DNA of 62,565 bases from Candidatus Parvarchaeota archaeon (GCA_030615175.1 JAUWZX010000001.1:1-62565), one strand, 5' to 3'. Shown: positions 18,378 through 28,677, counted from the stretch's first letter. Notes: a model not told the origin generated them from the letters alone. Program-made: numbers and translations.

Positions 18378-19952
18378 ATGGAATTTGGCAAGGTTATCGG
18401 CGGGTCTGCAAGTGATAAATTATTAATCAGGGTTAAGAGCAGTGAAGAAGCAAGCATTGGAGATATAGTGATAGTAAAGGATGCTGGCTGCACTTACTTT
18501 GTAAAGATTGTTAACGTATTAATAACAAGTCAGTTGCCAAGGCAGTTCATTGAAGACATTGCAGGACAGAAATTAGAGCATGACGTTGACATTAACTTAT
18601 TCGACGAGGAAGACCGGTTCTACAGGCTCTGCGAAGGCAAAGTACTAAAAGTAAGAACTAAGGAAGGATTCAAGCCTCCGAGAAGCATGCCTCACTACTT
18701 CTGCAAGGCAGTAAAGCCATCTCCTAAGGATTTCGAATTCTTAAAGGACAAAGGCGAAGTAAGGATTGGCTACTTGCGGCTTGGGAACAGGATAATAACT
18801 GACTTTGACGTTGCACTCCCTGCTGAGAAATTAATAAGCCACCACGTCCTTGTTTCAGCCGCTACTGGCAAAGGCAAGAGTAATTTCGCCAAAGTATTCG
18901 TAAGCGGCTTACTATCAATACCTAATATTTCATCAATAGTTCTTGACCCTCACAATGAATACTATGGAAGCAAAGGAATTAAAGGCTTAAGAGACCATAA
19001 GGAAAGGAGCAGGATTGAGTACTTCACTCCAAGAGCCAAAGACTTCCCTGGAAGCGAATCATTAAGGATTCATGCAACTGACTTAAGCCCAGGCGACTTC
19101 TATGGAGTAGTCAGGTTCAGTGACGCGCAGCAGCAGGCAATGGACTTAAGTTACAGGACTTACGGCAGGGACTGGGTGAATAACTTACTAACTGAAAAGA
19201 ATATTAAGGAAATAGTTATTGACTTACAGGGCAAAGTAATACCAGCAACCATTGCAAGCCTTAAGAGAAAATTGCTTTACGTGCTTGAATTAGACCCAGG
19301 CACTTATAACGGGTTAGTATTCACACTTAAGGAAAGAATTGAAGCATCACTTTTTGAGAAAGTGAAAAGAGCAGTATTAGAAGGTAAAGTAGTAATAATT
19401 GACACAAGCCTTGTTGGTTTCGAAGCAGAAAAATTAGTAGCATCCAGTATTGTAAGAAAGATTTTTAGCCTTTACAGACGAACTAAGCAGTTAGCTCCTG
19501 AGAAATTTGAAACACTGCCTGAACTAATGATATTATTTGAGGAAGCGCCCAGAGTGCTTGGCAGGGAAGTCCTGACAGGAAGTTCAAATATTTTTTCAAG
19601 AATAGCGCGTGAGGGAAGGAAGTTCAAGGTTGGCTTATGCGCAATAACCCAGATGCCAAGCCTCCTGTCAAGAGAGATACTGAGCCAGATGAATACTAAA
19701 ATAATACTCGGCATTCCAAGCCCTGCTGACAGACAGGCAGTTATTGATTCAAGCGCTCAGGACATTAGCGACGAGTCAGCAGAAATTCAAATGCTTGACA
19801 GAGGGGAAGCAATAATCACGAGCCCGTTCATTGACTTCCCAATGCCGTTAAAGATATACTTATTTGATGACTTAGTAAAACACCATGCGCCAAAAAAGAA
19901 ATCCTACGCGGATAAAAGTAAGAACAGTGAACTAAATATTGGAATCGAGTAA
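18378..19952 (+). CDS. herA: HerA bipolar helicase/translocase
   Basis: HAS-barrel N-terminus, ATGKGKS, DPHNEY, EEA, IAREGRKFKVG, TQMP. Confidence 0.92.
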   Translation: MEFGKVIGGSASDKLLIRVKSSEEASIGDIVIVKDAGCTYFVKIVNVLITSQLPRQFIEDIAGQKLEHDVDINLFDEEDRFYRLCEGKVLKVRTKEGFKPPRSMPHYFCKAVKPSPKDFEFLKDKGEVRIGYLRLGNRIITDFDVALPAEKLISHHVLVSAATGKGKSNFAKVFVSGLLSIPNISSIVLDPHNEYYGSKGIKGLRDHKERSRIEYFTPRAKDFPGSESLRIHATDLSPGDFYGVVRFSDAQQQAMDLSYRTYGRDWVNNLLTEKNIKEIVIDLQGKVIPATIASLKRKLLYVLELDPGTYNGLVFTLKERIEASLFEKVKRAVLEGKVVIIDTSLVGFEAEKLVASSIVRKIFSLYRRTKQLAPEKFETLPELMILFEEAPRVLGREVLTGSSNIFSRIAREGRKFKVGLCAITQMPSLLSREILSQMNTKIILGIPSPADRQAVIDSSAQDISDESAEIQMLDRGEAIITSPFIDFPMPLKIYLFDDLVKHHAPKKKSYADKSKNSELNIGIE

Positions 19953-19985
19953 TCCTTAAATAATCATTAAAACCTAAAGAGTGGC

Positions 19986-20987
19986 ATGAATCCTGTGAGG
20001 GAGGGAGCATATAAATTTATTAAGCTAACAAAGCCAAGGTATGTTACACTTATTCCTGAAAGAATCATTGACTGCGCAAATGAAACGTATGATGACCCTG
20101 GATTATTCTACCTGCCTAACTGGAAGAACAGGGAAGGAGAAAATGTTTACCCTGATGAAGACTGGAGCAAGGATGACATAATTGACTTCTTCTTCATAGG
20201 TAATTCAATGAACTTCTTATTCTGGCATCTTAATGATAATGGTTTTGAAAGGTATAAAGTGAAATTCGGGGATGAGGAGATTACCGGCTCAAACGCAATG
20301 TTCAGAGGAATAAAGGACAACTTTGACAGGTTCAAGCCCAGCGGCTTAATCAATAATCCTCCTTTCACATTAAAAGAAACTCACAATTATTTAAGGAATA
20401 TTCCATACGCTAAAGAGAGAACAAATATACTGAATGAATTAAGAGAGGTTTTCATGGAAACCGGTCACACCAAATTCAGTGATTATATAGGGAATACAAG
20501 GAAAGTATTTGATTATGGTGAAGGGCTTGTTGAGAGAGTGGTTAAGGACTTTAAGTCATTTAATGATGTTGGATTCTATAAAGGATTTGAATTCCCAATA
20601 TATAAGAGGGCTCAATTACTGCCTGCAATGCTTTACGAAAGACTGGGGCAAAGCGAGTTCCCAGTAGATGATATAAATGAATTAACTGTCTTCGCTGACT
20701 ATCAGGTGCCTAAAGGTTTAGAGTCAAAAGGCTTAATAAAGTACAGTAAAGGGCTTAAGCATAAAATACTTAATCACATCATAATAAAGAAGGACAGTCT
20801 TGAAGAGTATAAGATAAGGACTTGCACGATTGTTGCAAGTGATTTATACAAAAAGGAAGTGAACAAAGCCCGTGAAGAGAATGGACTTGAAGGCAGAATA
20901 AATGACTTAAACGTTGACGGGTTCTTCTGGTACATGGGCACGAAGAATGAAAACCCATTCCACTTGACATACACTACTGCGTACTAA
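19986..20987 (+). CDS. Queuosine salvage family protein (DUF2419/QNG1-like)
   Basis: NSMNFLFW, F.SFND, YKRAQL, LTVFADYQVP, EYKIR, VDGFFW, PFHLTYTTAY C-terminus. Confidence 0.85.
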   Translation: MNPVREGAYKFIKLTKPRYVTLIPERIIDCANETYDDPGLFYLPNWKNREGENVYPDEDWSKDDIIDFFFIGNSMNFLFWHLNDNGFERYKVKFGDEEITGSNAMFRGIKDNFDRFKPSGLINNPPFTLKETHNYLRNIPYAKERTNILNELREVFMETGHTKFSDYIGNTRKVFDYGEGLVERVVKDFKSFNDVGFYKGFEFPIYKRAQLLPAMLYERLGQSEFPVDDINELTVFADYQVPKGLESKGLIKYSKGLKHKILNHIIIKKDSLEEYKIRTCTIVASDLYKKEVNKAREENGLEGRINDLNVDGFFWYMGTKNENPFHLTYTTAY

Positions 20988-21021
20988 ATATTTATATTAT
21001 AATTACATTATTGAGTAAGAT

Positions 21022-22164
21022 GTGAGATTCGTTCATTTCAGTGACACGCACTTAGGCGCCAGTAATTTCAGGTTAAGCGAGCGCAGACAGGATTTCTATA
21101 AAGCATTCAAGCAAGTGATAGACTTCTGCCTGGAGAAGAAGCCTGACTTCGTGATTCATACAGGCGATTTATTTGACGCCGGCAAACCTGACAATGAAAC
21201 AATCCTGTTCGCAATAGATGAATTAAAGAAATTAAAAAAAGCAGGAATACGCTTCCTAGTAATACCCGGAAGCCATGACGTAAGCGTTGAAGGAACATTC
21301 CTGTCCATTCTTGAACGCGTTGGACTGCTCACTAACTTAAGCAATCCAAGATACTATGAGAATAATGAAGGGGAAGTAATAGTTAACGGTGAAGTAATAG
21401 GGGACGCGTTCATCTGCGGAGTTCCCGGCAGGAGGGCTAATATTAAGGAAATGTATGAGCACTTAAGAATTAACAAGCCGAAAAGCAAGTTCGGATTATT
21501 CATGTTCCATCACATAGTGAGCGACGTGGCACGCACAGAAGTATTCGCTGACATACCAAAAAGCCTTCTTCCATTAGGAATGGACTACTATGCTGGAGGG
21601 CACTGGCATGAGCATGAAGAATTAAGAGTTAACGGGAAGCCATTAATTTATCCAGGAAGCACTGAACATCAGAATATTGGTTCAATGGAAAAGAACAATG
21701 ATAAAGGATTCATTTACTACGATGAAAAACCATGCTTCGTGAAAGTGAAAACAAGAGAGGTCAGTGTATTAAGGATTAACTGCAATGCATTAACGCCTGA
21801 AGAAATTATGAATAAGTGCCTGAATAATATTGGAACATCAAGCAATGGACTCATAATCCTAAAATTATGCGGTGAATTAAGAAGAGGGCTTAAAGGAGAG
21901 ATTAACAGGGAATTAATAAGAAATGCTTATAAGGATGCTGGCTGGCTTTACTGCGAGGTAAGAATCAAGGACTTAAGCGACCCGGGCAAGTCAGTAGTGA
22001 GTCATAAGAAAACCTTAAGCGAAGTAGAGCACGAGTACTTAAGAAAGCAGGGGTACAGCAAGAAAGAAGTGTCAAAAGCCAAGGCATTCATTAACCTGTT
22101 CGGGCAAAGCCTGACAAGAAATGAATTAAGCAATGCAGTGGCGGAGGCAATGAAGTTATTATGA
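21022..22164 (+). CDS. mre11: Mre11 nuclease
   Basis: HFSDTHLG, GDLFD, PGSHD, GGHWH, YPGSTE; overlaps rad50. Confidence 0.92.
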   Translation: MRFVHFSDTHLGASNFRLSERRQDFYKAFKQVIDFCLEKKPDFVIHTGDLFDAGKPDNETILFAIDELKKLKKAGIRFLVIPGSHDVSVEGTFLSILERVGLLTNLSNPRYYENNEGEVIVNGEVIGDAFICGVPGRRANIKEMYEHLRINKPKSKFGLFMFHHIVSDVARTEVFADIPKSLLPLGMDYYAGGHWHEHEELRVNGKPLIYPGSTEHQNIGSMEKNNDKGFIYYDEKPCFVKVKTREVSVLRINCNALTPEEIMNKCLNNIGTSSNGLIILKLCGELRRGLKGEINRELIRNAYKDAGWLYCEVRIKDLSDPGKSVVSHKKTLSEVEHEYLRKQGYSKKEVSKAKAFINLFGQSLTRNELSNAVAEAMKLL

Positions 22165-24134
22165 AAATCAAGAGCATTGAATTAAACAATATTAGGAGTC
22201 ATAAGTCAAGCAGGATTAATTTTAAGGATGGAGTAACAATACTTTCAGGCAGGACTGGCTCAGGCAAGTCATCATTCCTGTTAAGCATTGAGTACGCATT
22301 ATTCGGAGCAGATGTTAACTTAACTAATAACATGATGTTAAAGCGTAACACGCGTGAAGGATATGTGAAACTCGTGTTCACTGAATCAGGCATGGAATAC
22401 GAAGTTGTAAGAGGCTTAATTAAGAAAGGCAGGAACTTAACAGTCAACCCTGATAAGTTATGGATTAAAAAGGGCGGAGTGAAACTGCCAATTATTTCAA
22501 GAAGCAGCGAAGTTAATGAAAAGATTTTAAAAATACTGCAATACCCCTCAGACGTTAAGCCAAAAGAGTTATTCGAGGTCACTAGTTACGCAAAGCAGGA
22601 TGAGATTAGGAAGTTAATTGAAATGACCAGTGAGAACAGGCAGAAGTACATTGACAGGGTATTGCAGTTAAGCAAGTACCAACTCACCTGGGAGAACCTA
22701 AAGGAATTAATTAATGAATTAAGGAATAAACTGGCAAACCTTAAAGGACTGACTGATTCACTGCCAAGAATCATTGATGAATATGAATCAAGAAACAGGG
22801 AGTTAAAACAAAAACAGGCAACGCTTAAAGAAGTTAATGAAGAATTAAAAAAAATTAATGATGAATCAAAAAAATTTAAAGATGCCTTCTTAAAGAAAAA
22901 AGAAGAATTGGAAAAAGCCTTGAAGTCAGATAATGAATTTAAACAAGTCAAGGCATTAATTAATGAATTAAGAATTCAGGAGAAAGATTTTAAATCAGAG
23001 ATTAAAGAAATCAGGACTGAACTGTTAAGTTATGCTGAATTAAAAGAAGTTAATGTCAAGGAATTAATCAGGAAGCAGGCAATGCTTAACCAGGAGAAAT
23101 TAATGATTAAGGATTTAATAAGAACTCTTCAAAAGGAATTATTAAATATTAATGAGTTAAAAGGCAAGTGCCCTTTATGCAAACAGGAAATTAATGAAGA
23201 GCACAGGCAGGAAATTAAGGAAGAATATCATTCAAGGATGGAGCGTGAAAGCATTAAGTTAGATAAATTAAGCAGTGAATTAAGATTATTGAATGAGGAG
23301 TTAAGCAGGGTAAGAATCATTGAGGAAGAATTAAGCAGGAAGAAATCACTGCAGAATGGTTTGTCAAGCAAGAAGAAATCACTAAATCAGTTAAAAAGCA
23401 GAATAAAGAGTTTATTAAAACGAAAAGATGGAATTAAGACAGCCACTGACTTGGATGAATTAAGGAAGGAGTATGAAGAATTAATTAATAATGATAAGAA
23501 GTTAAGCAGCGAATTAAGTGCTCTTAAAGAAAAGCATGGAATACTGAATAATTTAGTTAATGAATTAAGGGTTGAGTTAAAGGAAAGGAAGGAATTAATA
23601 AAGAACTTAAGCGAGAAAGAGGATGAGATTGGATTGCTTGAGAAGAATTTAAGTTTCATTACAAGGGTTAGGGAGGATATAAGGAATATCAGGGAAGTAG
23701 TCAGGGCAAGGTTCTTAGAAGATTTCAGAGCAGAGTTCCAGAAAAAGTATGAAGAGATAAGAGGCGAAGATGATTACGTAATGGAAATCCAGACTAATTA
23801 CGAGCCAATTGCTTACAGCGGAGGCATTGGAGCACCTATTAATACTCTTTCAGGCGGAGAGAAGACAAGTGTTGCCCTTGCTTACAGGTTAGCGCTTGCA
23901 GAGGTAGCTGCCACTGTTTCAGACGTTGCGCGTTCAGAATTACTAATACTTGACGAGCCCACTTATGGTTTTGACAGGGATGACATTAAGGCACTGCCTC
24001 AGGCCTTAAGAAGCATTAAGACAATACCCCAGATGATAATTGTAAGTCATGAGGATGAATTAAAATCAAGCGCTGATTACAAATACCAAGTTAATAAAAG
24101 AGCAGGAGTTTCAGAAGTCAAACTGCTCGATTAA
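22161..24134 (+). CDS. rad50: Rad50 ATPase
   Basis: GRTGSGKS, central CPLC zinc hook, LSGGE, LDEPT, SH. Confidence 0.93.
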   Translation: MKIKSIELNNIRSHKSSRINFKDGVTILSGRTGSGKSSFLLSIEYALFGADVNLTNNMMLKRNTREGYVKLVFTESGMEYEVVRGLIKKGRNLTVNPDKLWIKKGGVKLPIISRSSEVNEKILKILQYPSDVKPKELFEVTSYAKQDEIRKLIEMTSENRQKYIDRVLQLSKYQLTWENLKELINELRNKLANLKGLTDSLPRIIDEYESRNRELKQKQATLKEVNEELKKINDESKKFKDAFLKKKEELEKALKSDNEFKQVKALINELRIQEKDFKSEIKEIRTELLSYAELKEVNVKELIRKQAMLNQEKLMIKDLIRTLQKELLNINELKGKCPLCKQEINEEHRQEIKEEYHSRMERESIKLDKLSSELRLLNEELSRVRIIEEELSRKKSLQNGLSSKKKSLNQLKSRIKSLLKRKDGIKTATDLDELRKEYEELINNDKKLSSELSALKEKHGILNNLVNELRVELKERKELIKNLSEKEDEIGLLEKNLSFITRVREDIRNIREVVRARFLEDFRAEFQKKYEEIRGEDDYVMEIQTNYEPIAYSGGIGAPINTLSGGEKTSVALAYRLALAEVAATVSDVARSELLILDEPTYGFDRDDIKALPQALRSIKTIPQMIIVSHEDELKSSADYKYQVNKRAGVSEVKLLD

Positions 24135-24423
24135 AAATTGTCTTGCACTTATTATCCTTACAAATACATAACAACTTGCTGCTGATTTCCTGATGCCTCC
24201 TAACAACTTCCGGGTCATGATTGCAGTTAAAATCCTTATCCCGATGCATGCATTCAAAAACAGGATGGTACATGCAGTCAAAGTCAGCACTGCACGCGTA
24301 ATACTCACTGGGAAGTCTTCTAGGGCAGTCAGGAACTCTAATTATAACACTGAATATTATTAATAATCCAACAATGCTTAGTGACAGTATTAATATTAAG
24401 AAAATCATTAATTCATGCCTCAT
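24118..24423 (-). CDS. Small membrane-anchored Cys-rich protein
   Basis: TM anchor followed by C..DFDC...C.C..NKC pattern. Confidence 0.65.
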   Translation of the reverse strand: MRHELMIFLILILSLSIVGLLIIFSVIIRVPDCPRRLPSEYYACSADFDCMYHPVFECMHRDKDFNCNHDPEVVRRHQEISSKLLCICKDNKCKTIFNRAV

Positions 24424-24956
24424 TTCTTCCCAACCCTCTTAACCTTCTTGCCTCTAAACTGAGGCATTATTACTAACTCCGGTGTTGTAAACTTCTTCTC
24501 TAACTCCTTTCCATTAAATAATCTGTCAAGGAATACTGCTAAGGCAGCCACCTCACTGTGCGGCTGCAAAGTAATGCTAACATTATGCCTTGCTATTTCA
24601 TAAACTTCTCCCGGCACCTTCTCAGCTCCAATAATTATTAATTTATCCTTCTTCGAGCGCTTAATATTATTAATCACTTTATTAACCGGCCGGCCGTACA
24701 TTGTTAAATGCATTACTTCAAACCCATCACGCACCTTCTTCTTTAACCATACACGCCAATTAGGAATGTAAGCAATCTCGAAAGGACCGCCCCATCGATT
24801 AATAATGTCCTGTACGCTAATAATTATGCTCGTATCCCTGTCACCAGTGAAGAATAAACCGTCAGCACCAAAAGCTCTTGCAACAAGCGCGCAGTGAGTT
24901 GTGACCCTGTGATCTCTTTGAACCCTGTGACCCAAGCGAAGCACGTAAACCTTCAT
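24420..24956 (-). CDS. trm56: tRNA (cytidine56-2'-O)-methyltransferase
   Basis: VLRLGHR..RD.RVTTH.ALVARAFGA, HLTMYG, GAEKVP, QPHSEVAALAVFLD. Confidence 0.95.
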   Translation of the reverse strand: MKVYVLRLGHRVQRDHRVTTHCALVARAFGADGLFFTGDRDTSIIISVQDIINRWGGPFEIAYIPNWRVWLKKKVRDGFEVMHLTMYGRPVNKVINNIKRSKKDKLIIIGAEKVPGEVYEIARHNVSITLQPHSEVAALAVFLDRLFNGKELEKKFTTPELVIMPQFRGKKVKRVGKK

Positions 24957-24995
24957 AAATAAATTAGAGGGCTTCAAGATTTATTATTCTTTAGA

Positions 24996-25607
24996 TTACT
25001 GCAAGTATTTATCCATTACATTAAACAAGTTAGTGATGAATAATTCAGGATTCTTAACGTACTCTTCGTTCTTAATGTAGTAAGAATTAATTGAATCATT
25101 AATTAATAATTTAACATTATCTGGCAATCCTTTCTCCTTAAAACCGGAAGCGTATAACTCATTAGTTAATGCCGTGCTCTCAAATCCCAGGATTAATAAT
25201 TCATAATCATAACCAGGACCCATAATTAAAGGATTAATCCTTGGATTAAAGTATAAGAAATTAATCCTTAAACGAGTGTTCTTATAAATTATTGAAGCAC
25301 CAAGTGATGGCCTTAAGAATTTCTTAGTAAAGGGGAATGCTTTATCCATTAAGAAGGTGGTGCCTCCCAGAATCGAATAAGTCACCTTGCAATCATAATC
25401 CTTAAATAATTCCTTAATCTTAAGAGCGAAAGCATCCCACTCCCTCTTAATCAAGTAAAACCATAATAAAACGGTTAATACAATGATTAACAAGGAAATT
25501 ATTCTCAAGTCAGGCAGTAATATTAATGAAAGAATTAGTCCGGCAACTAATAATGCAAAAGATAAGTGATACACCCACCTGCTCCAAACCCTGAAATTAA
25601 AGTTCAT
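24996..25607 (-). CDS. Hypothetical membrane protein (2 N-terminal TM)
   Basis: ORF track; ATG at 25607 preferred over 25631. Confidence 0.6.
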   Translation of the reverse strand: MNFNFRVWSRWVYHLSFALLVAGLILSLILLPDLRIISLLIIVLTVLLWFYLIKREWDAFALKIKELFKDYDCKVTYSILGGTTFLMDKAFPFTKKFLRPSLGASIIYKNTRLRINFLYFNPRINPLIMGPGYDYELLILGFESTALTNELYASGFKEKGLPDNVKLLINDSINSYYIKNEEYVKNPELFITNLFNVMDKYLQ

Positions 25608-25642
25608 TAAGTTTAATAAGTTATTAATCAATTTAAAAGATT

Positions 25643-26656
25643 GTGAACTGGATTGATTACGGGATTAAAGGCTACATGACTAAAAGCAGGCCAGTAAAAG
25701 GTGAAATTATGAGGCCTGGCGGATTCATTGTTAATGAACTGCCAAGCGAGTACGGACCTGGAGAGCACACTCACTTCACATTAAAGAAGACTAATTACAC
25801 AACCATAAGGGCTTTAGAAGCAATGGCAAGAAGACTTAATGTAAGCGTTAAAAGATTCTCATGCGCTGGCAACAAAGATAAGAAGGCAGTGACAACTCAA
25901 AGAGCCAGTGCTTATAAAGTGCCTAAAGAGCGGTTAGAGAAATTAAAAATCAAGGATATTGAATTAAGCGATATTAAGGAAAAAATGGAAAGAATTGCTC
26001 TTGGCTCGCATCAAGGCAATGAATTCATAATAACAATTAGTAATGTTAAGAACGCGCAGGAATTAAATGAATTCATTAAACAAGCACTTAAGGGGCTGCC
26101 TAATTTTTACGGACCGCAACGCTTCGGCATACAGAGGCCTAACACTCACTTAATCGGCAAAGCAGTGCTTGACAGGAACTGTGAGGAAGCGTTAAGAATA
26201 CTTTTATGCCATCCAGGAGATAATGTTAAGGCAAGGGACTGGCTTAATGAGAATTGGGGTTCATGGAAAGAAGCTTTAAGGAAGTTTCCAAGAAGATTAG
26301 GCATTGAAAAAAAAATCCTTCATTACTTAAGCAGGCACCCAAAGGATTATGTATCAGCATTAAAGCAGCCGCACAAGAGGTTAAGATTACTGTGGATTAA
26401 CGCATGGCAGTCCTATGAATGGAATAATGAATTATCAAAGAATATGAAGAATCCTCCTGAAAAGATATTAATGAATTCTTACCCAATGATTCCTGAAATG
26501 CCTGAATTACATGAATTCAAAGGCGGTTACAGGAACTCATTAATGACTCCTGAAGGGCTTAAAGGAAAATTAAAGAATGATGAAGTAACGCTGAAATTCA
26601 GACTGGGAAAAGGCGAGTACGCAAGCATTGTATTAAGGGAGTTAATGAAGGCGTAA
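25643..26656 (+). CDS. truD: tRNA pseudouridine(13) synthase
   Basis: AGNKDKKAVTTQ, GNEFIITI, PNFYGPQRFG, F.L.KG.YA..VLRE. Confidence 0.95.
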   Translation: MNWIDYGIKGYMTKSRPVKGEIMRPGGFIVNELPSEYGPGEHTHFTLKKTNYTTIRALEAMARRLNVSVKRFSCAGNKDKKAVTTQRASAYKVPKERLEKLKIKDIELSDIKEKMERIALGSHQGNEFIITISNVKNAQELNEFIKQALKGLPNFYGPQRFGIQRPNTHLIGKAVLDRNCEEALRILLCHPGDNVKARDWLNENWGSWKEALRKFPRRLGIEKKILHYLSRHPKDYVSALKQPHKRLRLLWINAWQSYEWNNELSKNMKNPPEKILMNSYPMIPEMPELHEFKGGYRNSLMTPEGLKGKLKNDEVTLKFRLGKGEYASIVLRELMKA

Positions 26657-26695
26657 GGAATACTTAAAAGTTAATAAAACCCTTAAAAACCTGTA

Positions 26696-27973
26696 ATGGT
26701 GGAGCATTTCGTGATAATAGACTTCCTAACACTGGTTAGTTTAATGATATACTTCTTCCTGATTTACTGCGCGATTTACTTCCTTTACATATCAATCAAG
26801 AGGAGCAGGGATTTACCGACAACACTATACCATCCAGGCATAAGCGTTATAATACCTGTATATAATGAAGAGGAAAACATTCATAACGCAATAACATCAG
26901 TAATGGAGCAGGACTACTCAGGACCAATAGAGATACTGGCAGTAGATGACGGTTCAACAGATGGCTCAAGAAAAATACTGAAAGAATATGAAAGAAAAGG
27001 ATTCATAAGATTCATAAAGAAGAATAAACCAGGCAAGCCAACAGGCAAGGTGTCAAGCCTTAACTTAGGCATTAAACTCGCAAAGCATGACTATATATGC
27101 GTGCTTGACTGCGACTCAATAATTGAATCAAATGTTTTCAAAGAATTAATCGGTTACTTTGAAAACCCTAAAGTGGGTGTGGCAGTCCCTATTATTAAGA
27201 TTTACAAGCCAGAAACACTGCTTGAAAAACTTCAAAGCGTAGAGTACACTCTATCAATGTGCATCAGGAAGATATTAAGTAATGTTGGGGGGTTATTCAT
27301 GACTCATGGCGTTGGCACAATATTCAGGAAAAAAGCATTAATAGGTGTCGGCGGATTCATTGAGGGAACGCAGACAGAGGACTTAAACATTGCATTAAAA
27401 CTAATAGAAAGAGGATACATTATTAAGTCATCATTCAATGCGATTGGCTACACTGTTGCGCCTAAAAAACTTAAAAGCCTGTACTTGCAGAGGGTTAGGT
27501 GGAATTCAGGTTTAATTGAGAACTTAATATGGTATAAACACATGATATTAAACAGGGAGTACGGCAACCTGGGATTATTCGTGCTGCCAATAAACATAGT
27601 AGGCAGTTTCATCATGGTATACACTCTTGGATTAATGGCTTATGAAGTAGTAAAGAATATTTATTACGATGTGCGGGATTTAACACTAACTAACTTTGAC
27701 TTTAATTACTTTGTAAGCCAGAAAATTAATAATTTCATGAACTTTGATACAAGCATTCTAACAATTTTAGGTGCAATAGCGTTAATCTTATTCATAATAT
27801 TTTTTTATTACATGAGTAAGAAGATTAATTTAAGTTCAAGAGAATTAATTAAGAGTTATTTATTACTGCCTCTCTACTTCACAATATTTTTTATACTATC
27901 AGCAGTCTTTTATATTGTATCACCATATTATGCTAAGAAGAGGTGGAATAAGGGATGGTTAAAAGATCATTAA
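26696..27973 (+). CDS. Processive family 2 glycosyltransferase
   Basis: IPVYNEE, DDGSTD, DCD, TED, QRVRW plus TM helices. Confidence 0.9.
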   Translation: MVEHFVIIDFLTLVSLMIYFFLIYCAIYFLYISIKRSRDLPTTLYHPGISVIIPVYNEEENIHNAITSVMEQDYSGPIEILAVDDGSTDGSRKILKEYERKGFIRFIKKNKPGKPTGKVSSLNLGIKLAKHDYICVLDCDSIIESNVFKELIGYFENPKVGVAVPIIKIYKPETLLEKLQSVEYTLSMCIRKILSNVGGLFMTHGVGTIFRKKALIGVGGFIEGTQTEDLNIALKLIERGYIIKSSFNAIGYTVAPKKLKSLYLQRVRWNSGLIENLIWYKHMILNREYGNLGLFVLPINIVGSFIMVYTLGLMAYEVVKNIYYDVRDLTLTNFDFNYFVSQKINNFMNFDTSILTILGAIALILFIIFFYYMSKKINLSSRELIKSYLLLPLYFTIFFILSAVFYIVSPYYAKKRWNKGWLKDH

Positions 27974-28677
27974 AGGACCACTTAACTGTGTTCATAATAT
28001 CAGTAACCCTGTTCAGCATGGGATTAATGATTGGACTAACTTCCAGTAAGATACAGTCAAGCGATATTGAATTAAGAATTAATGAATTTGAAAAGAATTT
28101 GAACAGCTTGGAAGTAGGATTCTTATTATCCGGCGCCATTAAGAATAAAACGATAAGCTGCAATTACTTGCAGGCAAAGATAATCCAGATTAAAGAGCAG
28201 ATTAAGGATGTTGGTGAAGCAGTCATAAGGTATGAAGAGCAGGCAAAGATTAAGGACCCTGACTACTTATTATTAAAGAAGCAGTACACTTATGTTAGGG
28301 CGCAGTACTGGATAATGCTTGAACGATTAAAGAATGAATGCAGCACTAATTACACGGTAATACTTTACTTCTACAGAACTAAAGAGCCCTGCCCTGAATG
28401 CAGGGACCAGGGAGTAGTCTTATCCCACCTTGAAGGACTGAATGATGACTTATACGCGGTCCCGGTTGACTCTGATGAGGACTTACTAATCATTGAAACA
28501 TTAAAGAAAGCGTTTAACGTCACTAAGACACCGTCATTAGTCATTAATTCACAGACAAGGCTTGAAGGATTAATCTTTGAGGATGAATTAATTGATTACT
28601 TGTATAATCAAAGCGCTAAGATGGAAGCCCTGAACTCTCAGGGCTTAGTAAACCAATCCTTATTGGAGAGCCATTAA
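27955..28677 (+). CDS. Membrane-anchored coiled-coil protein with thioredoxin-like CxxC domain
   Basis: TM, then LYFY...CPEC..QG..L and TPSLVIN. Confidence 0.7.
   Translation: MVKRSLKDHLTVFIISVTLFSMGLMIGLTSSKIQSSDIELRINEFEKNLNSLEVGFLLSGAIKNKTISCNYLQAKIIQIKEQIKDVGEAVIRYEEQAKIKDPDYLLLKKQYTYVRAQYWIMLERLKNECSTNYTVILYFYRTKEPCPECRDQGVVLSHLEGLNDDLYAVPVDSDEDLLIIETLKKAFNVTKTPSLVINSQTRLEGLIFEDELIDYLYNQSAKMEALNSQGLVNQSLLESH

Noticed and set aside
16263..19952. HerA plus nuclease as an anti-phage defence system
   Set aside because: Linkage with mre11/rad50 and NurA motifs fit the housekeeping resection module
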